DNA of 64,000 bases from Trypanosoma brucei. Taxonomy: Eukaryota. Under the pieces are notes generated by a model that ran no database searches, had not been told where the DNA came from, and saw only the letters and a list, made by a program, of their open reading frames with translations. The stretch lies in the NCBI GenBank assembly GCA_000002445.1, contig CH464491.1:1632001-1696000 (forward strand). Reading direction: 5' to 3'. Of this stretch, positions 45,124-55,100 are shown in pieces. The translations under genes and the position numbers were made by a program. How positions within the stretch are numbered: the stretch's first letter is position 1; each line of letters starts with the position of its first letter.

Positions 45124-45601
45124 AGCATAAAGCCTGCTGCTCAGTTAGATATCAGTAGATTTCCGGCGATGGTCCCCTCCCCTCTTCCTAATCCCTCACA
45201 CACTGTTTTCAACTAAAGCCGTCCCTCAGAGTTGACAAGGAGGGAAATGCCCGCCAAGAAATGAAAAGATGAGAGAAAGATAGAAGTGGGCAACGTGTTT
45301 GTGCTGCGTGGTGAGTGACAGTGTGAGCAAGGAAGAGCACGGCAACCGTGGAACGAAAGTTAAATCTACAAATGGAGTTCGCAAATACTTGTGTGTATCC
45401 CTACAGAGTGAAGGTCACTCACTAATTCCTGTTGATGAGAAGCGCATCCAAGTCGCCCCTACTTCTTCCTTGTTGTCATTGCACTCTTTACCACTTCCGT
45501 ACGTCACCTTCTCCCCTTCTCTTCTTGTTTAATAAAGCCTCTTTTCCCTCGGCACAAAGTCACAGGTCACTCGATTACTCAATTTCGGGAACCGATGGCA
45601 G

Positions 45602-46096
45602 TTATACGAGCTCCCTTTTTTCAAGCAATTCCCTTAGTTGTTGGTTCTCCACTCGCAAGCGTTTGATTTCACTGCGCGCCTCTTGCAACTGTTGCCTGAG
45701 CAATGTATTCGCTTCATCGAGCACGGTGTATCGCTCTAATGAGATCTTACTAGCATTGTCTAGAAGACTGATCTGCAGCTCCGCCGCCCCCAACCGGTCA
45801 CGGAGAGCAGTGGCATCGGCAGGTGACCCACCCTCACAGGCATCAACGGGTTCAGTTGCCACGATTGCCTTCCCCACCTTCGCAGCATGACGACAAGAAA
45901 ATGAAGAGGAACTAGTGATGAAATTTGGAAATAGCGAAACCGCACGCGGGAGGGGTAATCGAGGGTTCCTAAGCGCCAACACGACTCCCGTATCCTCCAC
46001 AGCGCAGCGTTCCGATAAAGTGCTGAGGTGGCGAAGGGTTGCGCAGGGAGCGCTAAGGGAGCGGTTTATCACAAGCACCTGATCGGCACCGCGCAT
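45602..46096 (-). CDS. Hypothetical coiled-coil protein (164 aa from first ATG)
   Basis: Track start 46147 is GTG; first ATG is at 46096. C-terminal LRQQLQEARSEIKRLRVENQQLRELLEKRE is a clear heptad coiled-coil. Weak call. Confidence 0.3.
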   Translation of the reverse strand: MRGADQVLVINRSLSAPCATLRHLSTLSERCAVEDTGVVLALRNPRLPLPRAVSLFPNFITSSSSFSCRHAAKVGKAIVATEPVDACEGGSPADATALRDRLGAAELQISLLDNASKISLERYTVLDEANTLLRQQLQEARSEIKRLRVENQQLRELLEKRELV

Positions 46097-46403
46097 GCAG
46101 ATCCGGAGAAAAGAATTATCTAGTGAGCGGATACAAACCAGAGACACAGGGGGAAAAAAAAAGAAGATAAGAAAGAGGAGAGTTATGTGTGTACAAGACG
46201 ATCATCAACTACAGGTGTAATAACAGCACAGTTGTCATTTTCGTCGTTACAACACTATTCTTCCGAATTTGGAGAGCTAATCTAACTATTCTACATCCCC
46301 AACTCTATTTCGCCACCCCGCCGTTGACATAGCAAGTGTAGGGATTTATATATAAAAAATAAACACGTTAAGTTAGGTTCAGTCAAAAGAAAAAAACAGA
46401 AAA

Positions 46404-47213
46404 TTAGTACTTCCCATATCTCCTGTAGGTCGTTGCTCGCGTAAGATGAGGGCGGTGGTACGCAAAGTCGCCATAACGATTTGATAACTCCGCGAACCAG
46501 CTAACGTCTATTGATTCACTCAGAGGTGGAATGATATTATCTGCCCTTTGCTGTATCTGGTACCATGTTCCAAAAGCTCCACAATCCTCTAGCAGCAGAT
46601 CCTCATAGGAAGGAATATAATCTAAACAAGGCGATGAAGAGCAGCTGAAAGGGTGGTCGCACCACTCCACAGAAGCAGCCGCCCCTGGCGTATCAGCCAC
46701 TTTCAAATCGACAGAACACGCCTTTCCGCCTACAACTCTTACTTCATGAACCTCTTGTGGTTCTGTACGAGGTACCGATACCCCTGCATTCGCAGAGCGA
46801 CTCCGTTCAATCGGTGAAACGTTGGGAAACAACGGTGGAAGATGAGTTGGTGTAACAGTTATCTCACCGCTTGTGTCGTCCTCTTCCTCTCCTTCCCCAC
46901 GTCGAGAGGACTCCGATATGGTTGTTGCACAGCACTGGTAATACCGCTCCACTTGAGGAGGAGGAGTGCCTGGAGATGTCATTTCAGATATTTCCATAGT
47001 TAGATATGAGTAGTCCACACATTCGCCTTTAGAAGAGTTTATCTCTTTGGAAGTATCCGCACGCAGTCGGGAAACAGGACTCGCGGCAGATAAAGATTCA
47101 CCAAACCCTCTGAAGCTTTCAGGACTGCCAAGAGATTGCAAGCACTCACTAAATGGGGGAAGATTCACTCGTCCCTGATATTTAAAGGGGTTACGCGGTG
47201 ACACATCAAACAT
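46404..47213 (-). CDS. Hypothetical protein (269 aa), Ser/Pro-rich
   Basis: ATG-start ORF in the minus-strand block; low-complexity acidic segment (GEGEEEDDTSGE). Confidence 0.4.
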   Translation of the reverse strand: MFDVSPRNPFKYQGRVNLPPFSECLQSLGSPESFRGFGESLSAASPVSRLRADTSKEINSSKGECVDYSYLTMEISEMTSPGTPPPQVERYYQCCATTISESSRRGEGEEEDDTSGEITVTPTHLPPLFPNVSPIERSRSANAGVSVPRTEPQEVHEVRVVGGKACSVDLKVADTPGAAASVEWCDHPFSCSSSPCLDYIPSYEDLLLEDCGAFGTWYQIQQRADNIIPPLSESIDVSWFAELSNRYGDFAYHRPHLTRATTYRRYGKY

Positions 47214-47612
47214 ACCTAAAAATATATATAAATAGTCTACTAAGTAAAGGTAAATATTAGTATTTCAGGAGGGGGAAAGGGACAAATAACACAGGTAGAG
47301 TAATATTTTTGACAAGAACACGATCACATAAAAATTTAAAAGGCTGACTCAACAGGTGTATCGTCAGCGACAAAATAAGACGCGGTTGAGTCTGCTTCTT
47401 CCTTGACCTCTTTTGCCGTTCCTTCAAGCGTTCTGTCAGGGTTAAAGTGAGTTCTCCCTCATTAATCCCAGTCGGCGGCCCGGAACGCATCAGCAGAAGC
47501 AGGTTTCTGTGCATTGCCCTCCTTAACGGGTGTACACCGCCCGTAGCTGCCTGCATTTAATCCTCAGTCTCGCCCACACATTCAGAGAATTTTACACCCC
47601 AACCTAATTATT

Positions 47613-47632
47613 ACACACACACACACACACAC
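47613..47632. repeat. (AC)10 microsatellite
   Basis: acacacacacacacacacac read directly. Confidence 0.9.
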
Positions 47633-48001
47633 GCATCAGACTAAAAGTCAGGCCAATCACATTCCAACGAGCAATAAATACATGCCAGCAGTCTAAAAGT
47701 GTCTCCTACCATGATGGACTTGTACTAACTATGCAAAACCCAAACACAAACAAAGGTGAAGAAAAATGGAGAAAGATATTGCATGGATGGCCGGTGTCTG
47801 TACTACACACATTGCATTTCCAATTGGGGTAAAGAAACGAACATATAAGGAGGATGGGTTTATGTTACACAGCAAAACTATCGTATCGGAAGGCAACCAG
47901 TCAAACAACCTCAGAGGATGGGAATCCAACAACGAAGTGTGGGGACCATATGACAGAATGAATATACACAAGAAAAACAACAACAACAACAACAAATATT
48001 A

Positions 48002-48682
48002 TCAGAGCATAGTGCATCCCGATTTCTTTTTCCTATTTGCAATGCCGGGCGACTCCTCCTCATGCTCGTCTACCAGATCCACTGAAGGTAACTCCAGTTG
48101 GTGAACCTCATCGCGGACCTCTGAAATGGTCGCTGCAGGGGGGAAAATAACATTAGGACTTCGACATTCCAACCATGACTCCTCTCCACGGATGCTTCGC
48201 ACTAAAGTCTCGAATACGGCCGCTGCCATGGAATGATCCTTTGCTGTAACCTCCAGCAGCGGATACATAAATTGTGCGGCAAACTTGCTTGCCTCTTCAC
48301 TACTCACCGCACGGTGCTTCACCTCATCTACTTTATTACCGACAAGAACGCAGGGTATTGATGGAGACCCCCTCGCGCGACAAAGTTGCGTGTGAATCGC
48401 CTTGATATGGGAGAAGCTTTCAGCGTCTATCACGCTGTACACGAGAATAACGCCATGACATTTCCGTATATATTTGTAACGCATTCCACCGAATACATCC
48501 TGCCCGGAAGTGTCGACTATTGTAAGCACGGTAGGTTGTGCATCCACCTCTACTGCCTTTTGGTACACGTCCTCAATCGTGGCTTCATACTTCACAACGA
48601 AGCGGTTTCGAACGTACTGAATGATGAGGGAACTCTTTCCAACACCGCCGTCACCCAAAACGACGAGGTTAATATTCCTCAT
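48002..48682 (-). CDS. Ras-family small GTPase with C-terminal CAAX box
   Basis: Track start 48694 is GTG; ATG at 48682 gives MRNINLVVLGDGGVGKSSL (G1). Effector loop YEATIEDVYQK, G3 DTSGQD, G4 GNKVD, G5 TAK (Thr where Ras has Ser, SAK). The protein ends ...KKKSGCTML: a CAAX box with terminal Leu, predicting geranylgeranylation. Confidence 0.8.
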   Translation of the reverse strand: MRNINLVVLGDGGVGKSSLIIQYVRNRFVVKYEATIEDVYQKAVEVDAQPTVLTIVDTSGQDVFGGMRYKYIRKCHGVILVYSVIDAESFSHIKAIHTQLCRARGSPSIPCVLVGNKVDEVKHRAVSSEEASKFAAQFMYPLLEVTAKDHSMAAAVFETLVRSIRGEESWLECRSPNVIFPPAATISEVRDEVHQLELPSVDLVDEHEEESPGIANRKKKSGCTML

Positions 48683-49593
48683 CCCTGTTTTCACTGGAGA
48701 AACTTGAGGGAAAATAAAAAAAGAAGGGGTAAAGAATGATAAGAATGATTAATAATAATAATAATAAAGAAACACTTCAATGAACATAATTTCCTTTCAT
48801 TTCCTGCCGATTCCTTTAGGGTGGACGGCCACGCTCAAACAGTGCCACTGCCCTCGCCTGCTCTTGCTGCTACAAAACACTTCACACACAGAGAGAAAAA
48901 AAAAATGCATTTAGATTCTGCGTTTTCGTCAGTGTGCGTGCGCGTGCGTGTCTGTAAGCATAATAGTGGGTCAATAAATTGAAAATAAAGAAAACAAATA
49001 AATAAACACTTTTTCTTAAGAATGAAAAAAAAAAGACGCGGAAACAAACATATCGATGACAAAAGGTAACACAAGTCAACTGCAAACAGGCAGCGACATA
49101 AAACGGAGGAAAAAAAAAAGAAAGGAAGAAAAGGCTTCACATAATATAACCATAGATGCACACATAATTTTCACAAAACAGATTCTGTTCTCCGTCCATT
49201 TTTTTGGCAGGTGTGACTCACATCTGAACTAAAAGAAAATAAAAAGAAACCAACGCTCACTCACCGCAACCAAGCACATATGTATGCATACAGGCAAATA
49301 TAAACCTTTAAGGCAGAAATGATGCCGAGGTGCAAGCCAAGTTAACAGGCGCGACGACGGAGAGAACAAAAAAAATGGAAAAAAGGCTTCAAAAAAAAAA
49401 AAGTAATAAAAAGAAAGATAATATTTATTCACGCTTTCATTCATTCACCCACACACTAACTCATGGAGGTATTTATGAAAAAGACACCAAACAACAGAAG
49501 AAAATAAATACGAAGAAACCCATGGGACTAAAACTTTAACGAAAAAAAAAAAGACAAAGATATGGAAATACAGAGAAAGATGTGCCTTCTAAG

Positions 49594-51525
49594 TTAATAA
49601 ATGAACCCACCCCTCTTTTTGATTCGCAGGAAAAAATATACTGCCAAGGGGAGAGCCAACACATTGACAATAGCACACACAACAAGAGGAATCCACACGC
49701 ACACAGTCCCCACACATTCACGAACATCCCACAACCCCTGTTTTTTGCTGTAATGATCGTAAATGGGGCCGAAGAGGCCGACGTTGAAAATTATCGGTGA
49801 GACAATTCCTGCGGTGAACAAAACGGCGTAATGCTTACCGCAGCTTGTTGGAGCAAACAAACTTTTAATTACAAGAATTGTACTTCCCCAAGACACACCA
49901 GTCGCAAGACCAATGATAAAAAAAGGGAGGAACAACGCACTCTTCGGAATAAAAATAAACAAAGGCAAACCAATAATATTCAGAACAGGAGCTCCGCAAA
50001 GAAATATAGATATGGGTATCTTACGGCTGACAAGCATGGGGTGAATCGAACCCACAATCACACGGCCAACGGCACTGGCCACGCCGTAAATGGAGACGTA
50101 TGCCACATTGACCGTTGAAGAGTAGTTATCAAAGTTAAGTGCTTTGTAAATCTGCGTGCTGTTTGTTGAAACCAAAGTTGCCGAGCTCCATGCCGCAAGG
50201 CACGAGTACCACATAACCCACATCTCACGCCTGAGAATGTTTGTGAGCAGCGAGTCGCCGTTCAACTTTATTCCCTGCAACTCCGCAACAACTTCGCTGT
50301 TATTCACGGTTCGCTCGTGGTTGCTCCTTTCCGCAGCCCTTCGCCCCTCTTCGTTAGGGTTCAAAAGGTTATCCCCATTTTGCGGTTCGGTGGGCTCTCG
50401 TTCATTCAGTCCATTTGTATCATCTTTTGAAACGCCTCTGCCACGCCCAATCCCCTCTGCATCAGGTGCATTTACGTCACAACGTCTCGCTGTTTCATTA
50501 TCCACAGCTTCAGTGGGTGCCCGCTGTGAATTACAATTATTTTGTCCGGGCACTGTAGTGGTCATCTCGTCCACCAAATGGGAACTCCACGATGAGTTCG
50601 CAGACCGAGAGTGGTACCCACCCACATTATTGGAGTAGCTCGGCGTTGCAAGGATCATAAACAAGAAGCTCACGCACAAAATAATTGTGGTGATTCCTAT
50701 AATATGACGATCAGAAACAGATATTTCACGGTAATTCTCTACCATTGTCACGATGAAGGTGTACATGATGGCAACGAAGAGAATCCCGGTCCCTACGTTG
50801 AACGGAACTTTGAATAGCGAAGATTCGCCACCTCCGCTCGCAACAACACCCTTGTCAGGGATGCTCAATCCCAAGCATTGCGTCTTCTCGGTTGGCAAAC
50901 GAACGAACAGTGTTCCAAGTACGCCAACAGTAAACGAGTACAACACCAAAAAAAGGAAGAAGGGCCATATACCGTCGAAGTGAATCTCAAAGAAGGCAAT
51001 GTAAATTTGAACGATAAGGGAGCTTCCAAGACCCATAAACGTTTTCTGTACAAGAATCACGCGTCCCTGATAGCATATAAATGCATCCAGATTAGTTAGG
51101 AGACTCCCCGTCTCATAAAAGCTGGCTGAAAACTGTGAAATGGCGTAGAAGAGACTCATTACCCAAAGACTGGTCCCCATCAAAGGATCCTCAGGTTTGA
51201 GAAAAATTAGCATCATACCAAGCCACCCTACCACATTCAGCACCGTTCCCACCATGAGGGTTACCTTTGGACCCTTTGCGTCGTACAAGAATCCTGTCGG
51301 TAGCGAAAAGTAGCTAAAAATGACACCGATGGTGGACAGAACATTCACCTGAGATTGGTTAAACATAAATGCACCACCCTTCATGAATGGGGTAAATATA
51401 CCAAAGCAAAAGCAAGCCCCATTGTTGAGACAGATCAATATGCTAACAAAAAACTGAAGAAACCAGCGTCGTTCCAACGTGCATCCAAGCGCATACGTGC
51501 GCTCTCCAGCTTGCTCCAAATGCAT
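49594..51525 (-). CDS. Nodulin-like / major-facilitator-superfamily membrane protein
   Basis: 643-aa ATG-start ORF. About 6 N-terminal and 6 C-terminal hydrophobic helices separated by a long hydrophilic loop rich in Asn/Ser/Glu. N-terminal half resembles nodulin-like MFS proteins (GFLYDAKGPKVTLMVG...). Confidence 0.6.
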   Translation of the reverse strand: MHLEQAGERTYALGCTLERRWFLQFFVSILICLNNGACFCFGIFTPFMKGGAFMFNQSQVNVLSTIGVIFSYFSLPTGFLYDAKGPKVTLMVGTVLNVVGWLGMMLIFLKPEDPLMGTSLWVMSLFYAISQFSASFYETGSLLTNLDAFICYQGRVILVQKTFMGLGSSLIVQIYIAFFEIHFDGIWPFFLFLVLYSFTVGVLGTLFVRLPTEKTQCLGLSIPDKGVVASGGGESSLFKVPFNVGTGILFVAIMYTFIVTMVENYREISVSDRHIIGITTIILCVSFLFMILATPSYSNNVGGYHSRSANSSWSSHLVDEMTTTVPGQNNCNSQRAPTEAVDNETARRCDVNAPDAEGIGRGRGVSKDDTNGLNEREPTEPQNGDNLLNPNEEGRRAAERSNHERTVNNSEVVAELQGIKLNGDSLLTNILRREMWVMWYSCLAAWSSATLVSTNSTQIYKALNFDNYSSTVNVAYVSIYGVASAVGRVIVGSIHPMLVSRKIPISIFLCGAPVLNIIGLPLFIFIPKSALFLPFFIIGLATGVSWGSTILVIKSLFAPTSCGKHYAVLFTAGIVSPIIFNVGLFGPIYDHYSKKQGLWDVRECVGTVCVWIPLVVCAIVNVLALPLAVYFFLRIKKRGGFIY

Positions 51526-51935
51526 TGGACTTCAGAAGGAAAACAAAAACAAAACACTCCCTATTGATGTTCCCTCAATCTAAACGAAAGGAGGAATGAA
51601 AACAAAAAAATGGAAAAAGAAACGTTTATATATTTTTATCACTACTACTAAACCTCTTAATGATACTATCAATATTACTAACTACACATATAGAGAGAGA
51701 AAAGAAAAGAATCATGTGTGCTGTGTTGCGCAGCAATGGGCAAAAGGGGGAAAAGTAGCACTTTACAGTGACACTAAATCAACAGTAAAAAAAAATAATA
51801 ATAGAAATGAGGAAGTAAAATCATAATAATGCAGATAATGATAATAAAAAGCGTGCTTTTCGTACGCCACCGGTGGAGCGCAGTCTGTTCTACGATGCAG
51901 AAGAAAAGAGAAACATTTGGCATACGTCCATATAT

Positions 51936-51958
51936 GCATATATATATATATATATATG
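51936..51958. repeat. (AT)11 microsatellite
   Basis: atatatatatatatatatatat read directly in the intergenic region. Confidence 0.9.
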
Positions 51959-52170
51959 TAATATGTTCCACCGATGCTCGTGTAATCGCACCAGTGAGGT
52001 GTGCGTGAACGAGCCAAAAGAAAAAAAAGGACCTGTGTCTCTCCCCGTCCCACTTCACTTTCCTCAAAAAGGCTTTTTACATATCTAAAGTTTGACCACA
52101 TGAAAATTACATCCGCTGCTGAATGGTGATGAAACCAGGGGAAAAGATCCCTGTAACATCACTTACTCAC

Positions 52171-55100
52171 TCACTCGACGGTATGGTGGAGTGGCAAGCG
52201 GTGGGTACTGGCAGGAATAAATGTGTTGATTCGTGACGGCCCGAGTAACACCACAGGCAGCTTGGGAACTTCTGGAGGCTTTTGTGGTAACTTATCCTCT
52301 TCCTCTTCCTCCTGCTCCTCCCGTGGTTCCGCGGTTTCAGCCCTGACCTCAACATCAACGGATCCCGTTTCAAATGCCACGCAAAGCGATGCCCTCATCG
52401 GCCCTGGTGGTTGGGTACCAAGGAGCTCGACGTCCGCCCTGATGGTTAACCCAGGTGCTAAGAACTGGTGCCGGTAGTTAACGTGTATCATCTTCTTGAA
52501 GCTGGGACAGAAGGTGATCCGGTGACGACACGGGTAAGTGGACGTATTCGTGAGGATAAGGGGGAGTACGTAGCGGTAGCCAGGTTCCACTAGCCCAAAA
52601 TCAAGCACTGTTGGTGTGACAGAGAGCGTTGGCACAGAGATTCGCTCCTGAGGTGGCATTTCCTTTATTAATCTAGTGTGCATGAATGGCACACCGTTGG
52701 GTCTGATTGAGTCTGCTCCCTCAGTCGGGTGGTTGTCGTCGGCGTGCACCTCCAACTGCTTCGCTGCCTCACTATAGGCAGCCACCTCACCGGAGCGAGC
52801 AGAAGAAGCCGCTGAACAGCCGTTTATTCCGCGTGCATCGGGGACCCCGTTCTCTGCAGCAACGATGATGCCAGAGGAAGCCCAGTAATTGAACCTCCCC
52901 TTATGGGTTTTAATGTCGCCACGACAGAGGCTAGAGCGTTGACTCTCCGGCTCGCACACGCTGTGGTCACGTAGTTGTTCAAGGGGACCAGTATCATCAC
53001 AGTGCGCGAGAGTTGATGCTTCAGACGGAGGCAGAGTTCGTATTGTTTCCTCCCACACCTTCTCCTCACATAATGCCAAACGCTCATGGCACAGCAACTC
53101 CGCCACTGTAGACATTCGGAACGGAACATCAGGTTGGGACGCGGCTACATGCAGGACATCCCTTTCGCGCTCCTCCTTCTGAAAAAAGGAACAATGTAAA
53201 CAAGGAATGAGTAGAAAGTCCGAAATGGACCTCGGAAATGGTGTGCCCGCCCCACGAGCCGTCGACCCCTCTTTCGGTGGTTGAAGGAAGAGCACACGCT
53301 CTTTGATGGTTTTATCACCGAGGGCCGCACACGCGAGTGGGCGAAGGTACGCTAAATCAATGTATGCTTTTAGCCGGTGCGTGAGCAGCTTGGATAACCA
53401 CAAGTTTCCAAAGAACAAAACGTTGTCGTTGATACAGTGTTCGCTATTCCGCCACACCACAGCGCGCAAAACATCTTTGGTGCGACCAACACCAGAGGGA
53501 ACTAACTTGTCGATTTCGTTTTCCGCGTAACTCCTGTAACTTGACGTCGTCGTCCTCGCCAACGGCGACTTTCGACGAACCAGCATCTCGCCGAGGGGAC
53601 AAGGTATATTCTGCTCAGCCACCCAACGGGGCGTTTCCATATCTGACTCGGGCAAAGTTTCGTTGAAGAACTGTAAGAATGTTTCACTGATAATTTCTGG
53701 GAGTTTAAAGACCTCTTCCCTTGATTCCCCGCAGCGCCCGAGGGTTGAAACACAATACTCGGTATCTTTGGAATGCCCAACGAGCCCGCCAAAGGCACAA
53801 TCAATGGTATAGTTGTCTCCACCAGGCATCGGTTTTACGTGTAGCCTGTGGCTTTTCCAGTCTAGAAGTGCCTCGCTTCCACTACGGTGGTGGAGGACAC
53901 GTAGAGTGTGTCCAATGATATCCATAACAGCCTCCACATGGTCGTATGTGAAACCCACTTTACTCTCCGACGGTGTTACACAAATGTCTGGAAACCCGGA
54001 GATGCGCCAAACAAACTTCTCACCATCCCGCGTGCATGAAAAACCAGCACTATGAAGAAGCCTGTCAAGCCGCCCGTTTGGCCATAAGGTCACCTGCAAA
54101 CCATCTTGACGGACCAGCACCTGTTTGCCTGTGGGTACATCAACCGTAGAGGCTACCTTGTACATCCCCAAGTCCACAATTTCACCAGAAGGCATAACCA
54201 CGGTACGCTTTCCGGACACCTCCACGCGCACTAACGTGCCACCAGGGTCCATCGTCACGTAGTTGCCAAAGACGTCAAGGGATAGGCGGTACCCTACCAA
54301 CTCTGGGCAGTACACAACCGCGCAACCATCCGCAAGCACTTCGATAGCTTCGATATAGTTAACCTTGACGGTACGCACCTTGTCAGTGTCCCAAATATCA
54401 ACAACTAAATTTGCTATGGTGGTGTGGAGGACCCCCTGCACCACGCTAAAACGTAAGTACTTCCCGCCCACGCTAAAAGTTCCCGCTGTTCCATTTTTCA
54501 GCAAAAGAGTTGTCATCGCAGCCGGGGGTCTCCTCCCCCGTATAACGGGAACCGGAACTCTTGAAATAAATTCCTCTTCCAGGGTGCTTAGCGGCGGAAC
54601 AAAAACCTTCTCCTTAGAGTTCTTTGGTGGCTTGATACTCTCAAGCATGTCCCTGTGCGCCTTCGCATCGTCCTTCGCCGCTTTTACGGCTAAATCATAT
54701 TTCATCTGCGATACGGCATCGGAGTTGTCCGCAACGACTTCGAAAAAGAACTGCACCACATCGACTATAATGAAGTAGCAGCGCAGACCACAGGGTATCA
54801 CTGCGGGAACTTCCTCTAGTGGTTGGGCATCTTCGGTGAGGAAGCCGAACAACAAACCACCAGGATCACTTACACAGCAATCAACATGTCGAGTATTGGC
54901 CACCGTCCGGCGCACCTCAATAGCGCAACCATCTTCCGTGAACATCCATTGCACCTCCTGCGACACGCAGCATGCACCTTGGCTTGACACTAGAAGTTCC
55001 TGATGTACTTTTGACTCGTTCTTGTCACCACTGATCCGGTGCATAATGTCCTCGTATACACAGCGGCGCCGCAATGCCGTCTCAGCAATATCAACAACGT

